The notes under the pieces are model-generated. The model had not been told where the DNA came from. It saw nothing but the letters and a program-made list of their open reading frames with translations, and ran no database searches. A stretch of 64,000 nucleotides of DNA from Histomonas meleagridis 2922-C6/04-290x (taxonomy: Eukaryota; Protista; Parabasalia). The stretch is from NCBI GenBank assembly GCA_020184695.1, contig JAANOX010000047.1, positions 124,001-188,000 on the forward strand, read 5' to 3'. Below, in pieces: positions 49,044 to 61,406 of the stretch. The stretch's first letter is position 1; every line of letters starts with the position of its first letter. A program made the position numbers and the translations under genes.

Positions 49044-50315
49044 TTAGTCTATCTTTTTGAATCCATGTGTCTTTCTATGCTGAATAACAAAAAATATAAT
49101 GTAACAAACGAACTCTATTATGCACACAATCATCATTGCCTTTCTTGGACCCAATCCTACGTTTTTTGTAATTGCCTTTTCTATGTCCATTTTTGGCTCA
49201 GATATTATCTTATTTGCGATTTTAAGTGCTTCTTCACCAATCGCATCCATTATAATTCTAGACTCACTCTTAAGCCCCAATAAATCTGTTTCTAATCCAT
49301 CTAGTATGCTCTTTAAATCATCGTGTAAAGATTCTATTCGCTCAGAAGCAAGATTAACTTTTTTAAGTGCTTTTGTTGTTGTAAGCTCCACTTTTTCAGA
49401 GAGAAACCGCATCAAGTCGTCAAGTGAAACCGTTTCTTCACCTCTTCCTAAAGATTCTTGTAACAAAACAAATGCATCACTAAGTAATTCATCAATTCCG
49501 TCAAGTTGAAAGTTTTTGGATTTTTCCTGTGTTGTGTACTTATTTGTTAGAATCATTTTGGATCGACGTTGAGTTTTTAAAGAACGGCGGGCTAAAACAT
49601 CATCCTGAATAATTTTTCTATTGAGCAAAGAGTAATTTGGCGCATTTGGATCAGGAATATATGGAGATAGAGGAAGAGTACGGATTGAAAAAATATCATT
49701 TGCATCGCATTTAGTATTTGTGGCGGCATAAATCGAGAAATATCCTGTTTTCAAAAGAGAACTGGCTTTTTCTGTGTATTTAAAATGATCAGATTTTTGA
49801 GAATTTGAGAATTCGATTGTGATATCGCCTGTTTTATGAGTTATTGTGAGTATACATGGTTGGCTTTCATCAACAACATTGGCTTTTCCAATCATTTTGG
49901 CAAATTTCTTGTTAATGATCTGGTTTTGATTATTAGAAAAATAAATTGGAGAATATTTAGATTCATCTGTTTCTGTTGTATTTATCCAAATTGCCATTCC
50001 TGTAAAGGGATCTTCTAGGTTTGGACAGCATTCTTTTGAAAATAAGAAAGAAATTATGCTTCCCATATTTCCATCTACAGACGAAAATTCAATTTCAACA
50101 AGCCATTCTGTAAAACCTGTTGGAGTCCTTTGGCAAACACCTCCAAAACTATGGGTAACTGCATTCGTTAAGCGAATAAATGATTTCATATTTAATGCAG
50201 TCCCTTTCATAGTCCAATCTCCGATTTCAGAAATTTCTGTATATTGGTGAGGAGGTATTAAACTAAATCTGTTATCAATTTTATTGATTAATTCGTAGAA
50301 AAGAAAAAAAATCAT
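49044..50315 (-). CDS. L-type (legume-like) lectin, ERGIC-53/VIP36-like cargo receptor
   Basis: WTMKGTAL...IRLTNAV, GYFSIYAATNTKCDANDI; coiled-coil stalk, C-terminal TM and KKID dilysine motif. Confidence 0.8.
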   Translation of the reverse strand: MIFFLFYELINKIDNRFSLIPPHQYTEISEIGDWTMKGTALNMKSFIRLTNAVTHSFGGVCQRTPTGFTEWLVEIEFSSVDGNMGSIISFLFSKECCPNLEDPFTGMAIWINTTETDESKYSPIYFSNNQNQIINKKFAKMIGKANVVDESQPCILTITHKTGDITIEFSNSQKSDHFKYTEKASSLLKTGYFSIYAATNTKCDANDIFSIRTLPLSPYIPDPNAPNYSLLNRKIIQDDVLARRSLKTQRRSKMILTNKYTTQEKSKNFQLDGIDELLSDAFVLLQESLGRGEETVSLDDLMRFLSEKVELTTTKALKKVNLASERIESLHDDLKSILDGLETDLLGLKSESRIIMDAIGEEALKIANKIISEPKMDIEKAITKNVGLGPRKAMMIVCIIEFVCYIIFFVIQHRKTHGFKKID

Positions 50316-51061
50316 TCTGTTGTCAACAAAAATTGAATAAAAAAATGGAACCAGCTAAAGATAATACAATGGCCATTGTATGGACAATCAACTTATCAAT
50401 ACGTAACATGTACTGTTGACACTCGAAAAGGATTTAATGTTAGCGCATAGTGAAAGTATTAATTTGAAAACATTTTTTATTTAACATTAGAAAGCCCGAA
50501 CAAAATTAAATGTTTTGTTAACTTATTTAATTCTTAAAATGTACAATTTTGCAAATTCTTTGAAAATGGCGTTTTTTCAAGTCCAATCTGAGGACATTCG
50601 CCTTCAAGTTGTGACAAAAGCATGGAAAGCATCCCAACAATTGTAGTTCCATACAATTCATTCATTGATGCTGTTTCTTTTATCACTTCTGATATAGCTT
50701 GATATTTTTGTTTGACTTGGTTTTCCTCCATCGATTTGCAACAGCCGTTTGTCGTTTCATTCTCAAACCACCCCAATTTGCTGACAAACTTACACAATTT
50801 TTTCTATTGCAATATGTAGAGTCTCGGGAAAAACTCTGTCCAATTAATAAATAAATATTCACATTGATAAGGTATAGCTTTAGTTCGTCTGGTTTTTTTG
50901 CGGGAGAAAGTGGACATTGAGAGTTTTTTTGCCTCATCAATAAAAAATATTTTTGAATCAACTCATAGAATATTTTGAATTTCACATTTTTAACATAAAA
51001 TATAAAAGAATAGTTTATTCTAACTTTTTCATGCAAAGACAAGGTTTTCCCTGTGCTCTAG

Positions 51062-53394
51062 TTATTTTGAATTTCCAAATTATTATAATAAATTTTAAAT
51101 AAAACAAATAAATATCTTTAGCATTAATATCAATTCCTTCTTGTTCAAGAAGTAATTTAACTATTTCTGTATGACCTTTTTCAGAAGCAATCATAAGTGC
51201 TGTATTAAATAATTTAAATAATTTCCAAATATTATTTTGAAATTCTATATTATTAAAATAAATATTAAATAATACAAATAAATATTTTTAGCATTAATAT
51301 CAATTCCTTCTTGTTCAAGAAGTAATTTAACTATTTCTGTATGACCATTCCAAGATGCTAACATAAGTGCTGTATTAAATAATTTTAATAATTTCCAAAT
51401 ATTATTTTGAAATTCTATATTATTAAAATAAATATTAAATAATACAAATAAGTACCTTTTGCATTAATATCAATTCCTTCTTATTTTAAATAAAACAAAT
51501 AAATATCTTTAGCATTAATATCAATTCCTTCTTGTTCAAGAAGTAATTTAACTATTTCTGTATGACCTTTTTCAGAAGCAATCATAAGTGCTGTTCTAAA
51601 TAATTTAAATAATTTCCAAATATTATTTTGAATTTCCAAATTATTAAAATAAATTTTAAATAAAACAAATAAATATCTTTAACATTAATATCAATTCCTT
51701 CTTGTTCAAGAAGTAATTTAACTATTTCTGTATGACCATTCCAAGATGCTAACATAAGTGCTGTATTAAATAATTTTAATAATTTCCAAATATTATTTTG
51801 AAATTCTATATTATTAAAATAAATATTAAATAATACAAATAAGTACCTTTTGCATTAATATCAATTCCTTCTTGTTCAAGAAGTAATTTAACTATTTCTG
51901 TATGACCATTCCAAGATGCTAACATAAGTGCTGTATTAAATAATTTAAATAATTCTCAAATATTATTTTGAAATATAAAATTATTATAATAAATTTCAAA
52001 TAAAACAAATAAATATTTTTATTATTAATATCAATTCCTTCTTGTTCAAGAAGTAATTTAACTATTTCTGTATGACCATTTCTAGATCCATACATAAGTG
52101 CTGTATTAAATGATTTAAATAATTCTCAAATATTATTTTGAATTTCCAAATTATTAAAATAAATTTTAAATAAAAACAAATAAATATCTTTAGCATTAAT
52201 ATCAATTCCTTCTTGTTCAAGAAGTAATTTAACTATTTCTGTATGACCTTTTTCAGAAGCAATCATAAGTGCTGTTCTAAATAATTTAAATAATTTCCAA
52301 ATATTATTTTGAATTTCCAAATTATTAAAATAAATTTTAAATAAAAACAAATAAATATCTTTAACATTAATATCAATTCCTTCTTGTTCAAGAAGTAATT
52401 TAACTATTTCTGTATGACCATTCCAAGATGCTAACATAAGTGCTGTATTAAATAATTTTAATAATTTCCAAATATTATTTTGAAATTCTATATTATTAAA
52501 ATAAATATTAAATAATACAAATAAGTACCTTTTGCATTAATATCAATTCCTTCTTGTTCAAGAAGTAATTTAACTATTTCTGTATGACCATTTAAAGATG
52601 CTAAAATAAGTGCTGTTCTAAATAATTTAAATAATTTCCAAATATTATTTTGATATATAAAATTATTAAAACAAATTTTAAATAAAACAAATGAATATTT
52701 TTAGCATTAATATCAATTCCTTCTTGTTCAAGAAGTAATTTAACTATTTCTGTATGACCATTCCAAGATGCTAACATAAGTGCTGTATTAAATAATTTTA
52801 ATAATTTCCAAATATTATTTTGAAATTCTATATTATTAAAATAAATATTAAATAATACAAATAAGTACCTTTTGCATTAATATCAATTCCTTCTTGTTCA
52901 AGAAGTAATTTAACTATTTCTGTATGACCATTCCAAGATGCTAACATAAGTGCTGTATTAAATAATTTAAATAATTCTCAAATATTATTTTGAAATATAA
53001 AATTATTATAATAAATTTCAAATAAAACAAATAAATATTTTTATTATTATTAATATCAATTCCTTCTTGTTCAAGAAGTAATTTAACTATTTCTGTATGA
53101 CCATTTCTAGATCCATACATAAGTGCTGTATTAAATGATTTAAATAATTCTCAAATATTATTTTGAATTTCCAAATTATTAAAATAAATTTTAAATAAAA
53201 CAAATAAATATCTTTAGCATTAATATCAATTCCTTCTTGTTCAAGAAGTAATTTAACTATTTCTGTATGACCTTTTTCAGAAGCAATCATAAGTGCTGTT
53301 CTAAATAATTTAAATAATTTCCAAATATTATTTTGAATTTCCAAATTATTAAAATAAATTTTAAATAAAACAAATAAATATCTTTAACATTAAC
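51062..53394 (-). repeat. Ankyrin cassette array 2 (13 complete plus 1 partial cassette)
   Basis: 170/171-nt period on the minus strand; cores such as TALMIASEKGH, TALMLASWNGH, TALMYGSRNGH, TALILASLNGH; no terminal cap seen. Confidence 0.93.
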
Positions 53395-54631
53395 ATTAAA
53401 TCCTTTTTGCCCCAAAATAAATTTAATTAGTTCAATATTTCCTGAAACTGAGGAGAAAGATAAAATATCATTTGGAATTTGAATGTCTTTGAGGAAATGT
53501 TTGAAAAGATATATATTTCCAATTTCTACAGTTTTATTAATAATTGCATTATTAATATGCATTCCTTCTTTTTGTAAAAATATTAAAATTTCATAATTAT
53601 TGTATAAAATGCATTTCACTCCCAAATTTTCGAAGAAAGAGTTTTCAGATTCTTTATAATCATCATAAAAATCATCCTGATATGAACCAAAGCTAGATGA
53701 ATATTGATCTTGCTTTTCTTTAATTTTATTCTCATAAATGTATTTAAAAATATTATTTTTATGGAACATAATCGCTGTTTCAAGAGTATTTTCAAAAGAT
53801 GAATGATTTTGTTCACATAAATGAATAATTTCTTCATTTCCACCTGAAACTGCATATTGACCTGTATTTTTTACATTTGCACCATTCAAAAGTAAATATT
53901 TAAAACATTTAACTGAAGAAAAAAATGCTGCATAATCAATTAATGTAACATTTTCTTCATTAATAAATGAATATCTTTCATAAAGTGATGGTTCAATTGT
54001 TTGGTTAAAATCAAAATTTGTTTGTGATGATATTTCTTGAAGTTTTTCGATTTCATCATTTCTAATTATTTGTGCAATTTCTTTCCGATTAACTCCTTCT
54101 TTAATATATTGTTTATGAAGTTCCCAATTATCCTTTGATAGTTCTTCGTAGTTTTTTCTAAAATTTTTCACCATATTTTACTATGTTTTTACTTTCTGTT
54201 TTATAATGTGCAAAATAATTTGTATAAATGTTTTTAGTAATATTTGAATCAATTAAATTTCGTTCAATCATTTTACAAATTAAATAATATGATTCTTGTG
54301 TATTAATATTACTTATATAATTACAGAATATTTTAACAATTTTAGGAGTGTTTTGATTAATTTCTTCTTCTTTTATCTGAATTGTTTTTAAATAATTTAA
54401 ATACAAATCATTTATATCTTTTCTTGAATAGAATGCAGAATAAATTAATTCACTAATAATTAAATTAAATGAATATGGATAATTTAAATCAAATAATTTC
54501 TTTGTTTGATCAATGGAAAAATCAAAATTTTCTTTTGTTAAACCAAAAATGATTTGCTCAAGGTTAGAAAGCATTTCGATGTAGATAGATTGACTTTTAA
54601 TTTCTTCATTATTTAAAATATAATTTGACAT
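53287..54631 (-). CDS. N-terminal ORF of ankyrin cassette gene 2 (DUF3447-like) with 1-nt frameshift
   Basis: ORFs 54158-54631 and 53287-54174 join if one T is removed from the run at ~54160 (GEKF|RKNYEEL); paralogous to 41448-42629. Confidence 0.8.
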
Positions 54632-55721
54632 TATAAATGGGATTAAGATGTTCTAAAATGGTTATAGTTTTAATGAGGTCAAAATGTCAAAACCGATGAA
54701 ATTTAACACCAACTTAAAAAGTGACAAATCATGATGATTTATGTGTCTAACTCGTAGTAGGTTCAGATTTAATCTCTCCAACTTTGCATATCTCAGTTAA
54801 GATACAAGTTCTACCTAATACAAAATTTTTGATCTTCAAAATTATGAAATTATTCTCAAGATCTAACTAAACTTTGATACAAGCTTCACCACGCCAAATA
54901 TGTAAATGTATTATAAATGAAATTACTCAATTTTTAATGAAAAATATTATTACTTCTGCAGATACAAAAATAAACGGCTTTTTTTAGTGAAGAGTGTCAT
55001 TTTTTGATAAGATATTGAATTTGTTTTTCAACTTGATGAATTCATTTGATATCAAATTTGTTCCATTAAATAACCATTTTGTACTAATAAAAATTTTCTA
55101 TTTAACTATCGAAACAAAATTATGTTTTATGAATTATTAATGAAAATATTCATATTAATGCCTTTCGTCAAATTGCTTAAAAAACTTTTTATATATTTGA
55201 TCTATTTAAAAATCCTTCTGTAAATTTTTTTTTTATTTTTTTGAAAGATTATTACATTAAAATAAAGCGCAGATATAGAATTGACTTCTGAACGGATTGT
55301 TTCGATATTTTTATTATTAGCACACAAAGGTTTAAATAATAATGAATGTGATGAAACAACTGATAATGGTCGACATTAACAGAAGAAGAAAATTTGGAAA
55401 TTATTCAAATTTTACGAAATGATAATTGAATCGAAGTAAATTTATGTTATGATGATGGAATCAATTTTGTACTAATTGGTCACATTTACATATGTGGAAG
55501 TGAATTTAATCGAAGTTGTCAAGTTACTACTAACGAAAGAATCAATTATTACAAAAATTAAATATAAAATTCATATGATGTTTTTGGAGTTTATTCATCG
55601 TTTTTAAAACTACACCTTTGGAAATTGCGAACAAACAGAATTTAGTTAAGATTGCAAAGTTAATAAGTGATCATGGTAAAGAAATGGAAAATAAAATGTA
55701 ATAATGTAGAGATTAATTGTT

Positions 55722-56108
55722 TTATTTTTTGGATTGTGCATGTGGATTTGGGCTTTTGGGCTTAGCATCCGCTGATTTGGATCTAAGAAAAGCATCAAAC
55801 CGTTCGCCAAGATCTGATGATAAAAATGATGAATTAAGAAAAGATTGTTCTTTTGTCGTTGGCTCTTTAATACTAGAAAAAGAATTTGTTTGATGACTTT
55901 CAGAAGGTTCTTCAGCTTTGTGATATTTTGGAAATATAGGTTCATTTAATGGAAGTTCAAAAACTATTTTCCCTATTTCATTCATGATAATATTCAAATC
56001 TCTTTGTAATGCATCTTTTTCATCTTGGTCTTGAGTATCATTAATTTTATATTGGATTAATTCAGCAAGTTGAACAAGAGAAAAAATTTTTTCATCCATT
56101 GAATTCAA
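55722..56108 (-). CDS. Hypothetical protein
   Basis: 128-aa ATG-initiated ORF with plausible composition; no recognisable motif. Confidence 0.45.
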   Translation of the reverse strand: MNSMDEKIFSLVQLAELIQYKINDTQDQDEKDALQRDLNIIMNEIGKIVFELPLNEPIFPKYHKAEEPSESHQTNSFSSIKEPTTKEQSFLNSSFLSSDLGERFDAFLRSKSADAKPKSPNPHAQSKK

Positions 56109-56160
56109 AATTCTGAGATTTATGATAAAAATGACGTTATTAATTTTTCTTCATTGATCA

Positions 56161-57444
56161 ATGGAAACAAAAAGTTTACAACATATAAATAAGAATTTAT
56201 TATTTCTTAATCGACTGGAATCCATAGTATATAATTTAAATACAAAAAACATTAATGAATCTGTTAAAAAAGTTATGGATATTTTTGATACTGATTTTCC
56301 ACATTCATTTTTCCATATTATTTCTCAATTAATATTTTCTTCAATTGTATCACAAAAAGGTGATTTTGATTTTGTTATACAATTTTTAAAAATGCTTCAA
56401 GAAAAAAATGAAGAACACATTAAAATCAAATATACGAAGAATAAATTATTTTCAATGTTAAATTTCTCATATAGACCACAAGAATCATATTATATTATAG
56501 AAAAAATGATAGAACAAGGTTTAGTTGATCCAAGTTTTGTAAAATCTCAACCAACATATTATTTTGCACATTATTTTTCAAAAGATGAAATTATTTCAAT
56601 GAATTTTAATAATTTTAAAAATTATTTTACTAAACACAAAGAAAAACTATCAAATAACAATTGTGAACTTCATAAAAAATATGTTAAAGAAGGAGTTAAT
56701 CCAAATGAAATCTCAAAAATAATTCGAAATGATGAAATCGAAAAACTTCAAGAAATGACAGTACAAAATGATTTTGACTTTAATCAAAAAATTGAGCCAT
56801 CACTTTATGAGCGATATTCATTTATTAATGAAGAAAATGTTTCATTAATTGATTATGCAGCATTTTTTGGATCAATTAATTGTTTTAGATTTTTATTATT
56901 AAACGGAGCGAATGTTAATAAAACAGGTAAATATGCTATTGCAGGTGCTAATCTTGAAATTATTCATTTATGTGAACAAAATCATACTGATTTTAGAGAT
57001 ACATATGAAATAGCAATTGAATATCATCGAAATGATATCTTTAAATATATGTATGATAAAAAGATATATCAATTTAAAGATTTAGCAGCTATAGGAAGGA
57101 AATGTATAATCTTTTTTAATTATGAACTTTTATCATTTTTAGAAGAAGAAGGGATGAAAACAAATGATGTTCTTGTTAATGAATCAGCGAAAATTGGAAA
57201 TATTTATTTAGTAAAACATTTTCTTGAAGGATATGATCGAATTCCAACAAATATTTTATATTGTTCCATAATCTCAGAAAACATTGAACTTGTTAAATAT
57301 ATTATTAAAGAAAAGAAATTTGATGTTAATACCAAAAATATTTATATCATTTTTTTACTGTTTATTTCATTCAAAATATTTATCTTTATATTATTTGGAA
57401 TTATTTTATATGTTTTGAAGAACCAATTATTACAGTATCTTTGA
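56161..57444 (+). CDS. N-terminal ORF of ankyrin cassette gene 3 (DUF3447-like)
   Basis: Paralogous to 41448-42629; ankyrin frame ends at DVNTKN (57339) and the ORF then reads through the first spacer into an alternate frame. Confidence 0.85.
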   Translation: METKSLQHINKNLLFLNRLESIVYNLNTKNINESVKKVMDIFDTDFPHSFFHIISQLIFSSIVSQKGDFDFVIQFLKMLQEKNEEHIKIKYTKNKLFSMLNFSYRPQESYYIIEKMIEQGLVDPSFVKSQPTYYFAHYFSKDEIISMNFNNFKNYFTKHKEKLSNNNCELHKKYVKEGVNPNEISKIIRNDEIEKLQEMTVQNDFDFNQKIEPSLYERYSFINEENVSLIDYAAFFGSINCFRFLLLNGANVNKTGKYAIAGANLEIIHLCEQNHTDFRDTYEIAIEYHRNDIFKYMYDKKIYQFKDLAAIGRKCIIFFNYELLSFLEEEGMKTNDVLVNESAKIGNIYLVKHFLEGYDRIPTNILYCSIISENIELVKYIIKEKKFDVNTKNIYIIFLLFISFKIFIFILFGIILYVLKNQLLQYL

Positions 57445-59891
57445 ATAATAATATTGAAATTCTTAAATTCTTTCTTGAGAATTATAAATTTAATATCAAT
57501 GTAAATGTAAAATTTATTTAATTTGTTTTATTAATGTTTTTTTTGAAGTTTTAATGTTTCAATACAAAATATGGACTTTCTATGTTTATTATAAAACTCC
57601 TCTTATTTTTGCATCTACGAATGGTAATACAGAAATTGTTAAATTACTACTTGAACAAAAAGGAATTGATTTAAATGCTAAAGATACCTATTTGTTTTAT
57701 TTAATGATTGTTTTATTAATATGATGATATAAAAATATATTTGAAAATTATTTAAAATATTTAACACGGCACTTCTTTATGCATCTAAAAATGGTTACAT
57801 TGAAATTGTTAAATTGCTTCTTGAACAAAAAGAAATTGATGTAAATGCCAAAGATATTTATTAAATATATTTAGGATTTGCTTGAGTAACTTTTTGTTTG
57901 CAAATAGTATTTGGAAATTATTTAAAATATTTTATAATATTATAATATTTTCAATACTCCACTTGTTTTTGCATCTAAAAATGGGGATATTGAAATCATG
58001 AAATTACTTCTTGGTAAAGAAGGACTTATTAATACAAAAGATGTTGATTTGTTTTGTTTGAAGTTTATTTTAATAATTTTATGTTTTAAATTACAATTTC
58101 AAAATAGTTTATAATATTTCGTGAACTTGTTTTAGCTTCCGAATTTGGTCATATTGAAGTTGTAAAATTACTTCTTGAACTGAAAGGAAATTATGATAAT
58201 GATAAAGATTTTTATTTGTATTACATATAACACATTTTATTAATTTGTAATTTAATTGTAATATTTGAAGTTTATTCAAAATATTTAAAACATTTATTAC
58301 TGCATGTAAATATGGTCATATTGATCTTGTTAATTTTCTTCTTGAACAAGAAGAAATTGATATTAATGCCAAAGATATTTGTTTGCTTTGTTTAATATAT
58401 ATTTTAATAATTTTATGATATTCCATAATTATACATGGGAAATATTATAGATATTTAAAACAGCACTTATATGTGCAACCATACATTGTCACTTAAAAAT
58501 GGTTAAATTACTTCTTGAACAAGAAGGAATTGATATTAATGCTAAAGATATTTATTTGTTTTATTTGATATTTATTTTAATAATTTGATATTTAAAAATA
58601 ATATTTGGAAATTATTTAAAATATTTAAAACATCACTCATTTGGGCAACATATAATGGTCATGCAGAAATAGTTAAATTACTTCTTGAACAAAAAGAAAT
58701 TGATATTAATGCCAAAAATATACATTTATTTTATTTAAAATTTATTTAAACAATTTTGGATTTCAAAATAATATTTGGAAATTATTTAAATTATTTAGAA
58801 CAGCACTTATAATTTCATCTTCTAATGGAAATATAGAATTATTTAAATTACTTTTTGAACAAGAAGGAATTGATATTAATTCTAAAGATATTTATTTGTT
58901 ATGTTTAAAATTTAGTTTAAGAATTTTATATTTCAAAATAAAATTTGGAAATTGTTTTAAATATTTTATACAGCACTATTGGAAGCATCTCAAAATGGTA
59001 ATATAGAAATAGTTAAATTACTTCTTGAACAAGAAGGAATTGATATTAATGCTAAAGATATTTATTTGTTTTGTTTAAAACTTATTTTAATAATTTGATA
59101 TTTCAAAATAATATTTGGAATTTTTTTGAATTTCATAGAACAGCACTGATGTTGGCATCCAATAATGATCATATAGAAATAGTTAAATTACTTCTTGAAC
59201 AAGAAGGAATTGATATTAATTCTAAAGATATTTAGTTGTTTTATTTGAAATTTATTTTGATAATTTGATATTTTAAAATAATATTTGGAAATTATTTAAA
59301 TTATTTTATACAGCACTTCTATTGGCATCTGTAAAAGGTCATACAGAAGTAGTTAAATTACTTCTTGAACAAAAAGAAATTGATGTAAATGCTAAAGATA
59401 TTTAGTTGTCTTATTAAATATTAATTCAAATAATTTTATGCTTTATAAAAATATTTGGATTTTAATTAAAGTATTTAATACTGCACTTATAAGAGCTGCA
59501 TTAAATGGTCGTACAGAAATAGTTAAATTACTTCTTGATCAAAATGGAATTGATATTAATGTTAAAGATGTTTATTTGTTTTGTTTAATATTTATTTTAA
59601 TAATATAATATTTTAAAATAATATTTGGAAATAGTTCAGAATATTTTATACAGCGCTTATGAAAGCATCTATTAATAGATACATTCTTGTGGTTCAGTTA
59701 CTTCTTGAACAAGAAGGAATTGATATTAACGCTCAAAATATTTATTTGTTTTGTTTAATGTTTGTTTTCTTTATTTAATAATTCAAAATAGTATTTGGAA
59801 ATTATTTATAATATTTGAAACTGCACTCTCTTTAGCTGGAAACTTTAACCAAGATGTAATCGATTTGCTTACAGAAAATGGTGCTATGTAA
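57340..59891 (+). repeat. Ankyrin cassette array 3 (15 cassettes including terminal cap and stop)
   Basis: Core starts at 57420, 57596, 57766, 57956, 58120, then every 170 nt to 59820; last core TALSLAGNFNQDVIDLLTENGAM* (TAA 59889-59891). Confidence 0.92.
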
Positions 59892-60761
59892 TTTTATTAT
59901 AATAAATAAAGCTTTTATCAAAATTTAATTCATTTTATCTTTACTTATGTTTTATTATGTAATAATATTATTCAGATTCTGAAATTTTCGTTATGATCAT
60001 TATATAAACGGTCAACATCGCAAAAAACAGTGTGAGCAATAAATTGAAATATTTAACCACTAAATAAGATGATTGATCAGTATAAAGGAACGGATTAATC
60101 CGTTTAACATAACAACGTTTTGCATTTTTTTGTTGAATTTGATCGCTTTGGATCGAAGGGGCGAATGGGGTTGCGAATCCTCCGATTTTTTTCTCCCAGA
60201 AGAAGCAACCTTCCATGGGAGGGCAAAAATAACAGATCCTTCAACCTTTTCTGCTGCAACCCCTCTGAAATGCGCATAGCGAACTTACCATCATGAAATA
60301 TATTCCAAGGACAAGACTGCCCATGAGCAATTTTCGATAAGTATAAATTGAAATGCTGAATAAATTTAACATTCACAAGTTTATTCAATTGAACATTTCA
60401 AAATTGGGGAATGTTCAATGCTTTGATGCATCCATCTCAAATATATTGATAACATTTCATATATTATATTCAAATTCTGAAAGATTCAATTGGCATTTCT
60501 ACAATTGCTGTATTTCTTGAATAAAAATGTAATTGATGCCAATAACTGTGAATCTTTTTTGATATGATTTTATCATATATATGTATTTTACATGAAAAAC
60601 TTATATTGTGAACATCATGATGAGTTTTAAACGTATAACTTTTTCAATTGATTTAACGGTTCCGTCAAACATTTTCAAGATTCCAAACCTGTGCTCACTT
60701 TGGAATGAAAATAAATAAAAAATTATAAATATAATAAATTTTATTTATATATTTATTTATT

Positions 60762-61406
60762 TTAATTCTTCTTTTTAATAATTATTATATCGCGTTTGTA
60801 AGCTGATTGATCTTTAATTTCATGAAGTTCATATGAAAATTCCTCTTTAATAAGATCAATCAAATCGAAAACACTTCCAGAAAGTCCAAAATACATTCGC
60901 TTCGCTGCAACAAGAACTACGCCGTCTTTCTTAACTAAGTGACGAAATGCTGAAACAAATGATGGAAGATCTTCCTTACGATAAATGGTTTCTGATGCTA
61001 AAACAATGTCAAATTTTTCTGGTGGAAATATTTGTGGAACATCTGCCCATTTAGCTGCTGAAAATGTAATAACATTTCGTGGACAATCGTTAAGTTTCGC
61101 ATTCGGCTGTGTAATCTCTTCAAGAACTTCGTGATTAAAATCTTGAAGAACAACTTCTGGTGATCCATGAAGTGAACAATAAATACCTGGAAGACCTCGT
61201 CCACATCCTAATTCAAAAACACTTTTGCCTTCAAAATTAATGTTCTTAAGATAACGAAGAAGATCAATAGTACACTCCCAAAGTTGAAACCCTCCTTCAT
61301 AAACTCCTGGACGAACTTCACTTGGAACACTCCCTTCTTTAGGTACATAAGATTTAATACCTTCATAAGTTTTAATTTCCCAATCTTCATGTGTGACAAT
61401 ATTCAT
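60762..61406 (-). CDS. METTL18/HPM1-like protein histidine methyltransferase
   Basis: GVYEGGFQLWECTIDL, VFELGCGRGLPGI, LQDFN, DIVLASETIY. Confidence 0.85.
   Translation of the reverse strand: MNIVTHEDWEIKTYEGIKSYVPKEGSVPSEVRPGVYEGGFQLWECTIDLLRYLKNINFEGKSVFELGCGRGLPGIYCSLHGSPEVVLQDFNHEVLEEITQPNAKLNDCPRNVITFSAAKWADVPQIFPPEKFDIVLASETIYRKEDLPSFVSAFRHLVKKDGVVLVAAKRMYFGLSGSVFDLIDLIKEEFSYELHEIKDQSAYKRDIIIIKKKN

Noticed and set aside
50534-51042. Overlapping short minus-strand ORFs next to array 2
   Set aside because: No recognisable motif, one starts at a non-ATG codon, and no repeat ends were found
42829-53855. Short ORF-track entries such as MLFQNNIWKL..., MEIQNNIWKL... and 52126-52437
   Set aside because: Chance fusions of spacer sequence and one or two cassettes, not independent genes
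42624-59891. Repeat arrays as CRISPR arrays
   Set aside because: Eukaryotic context, the conserved part encodes ankyrin repeats, spacers are homologous to each other, and no cas genes are present
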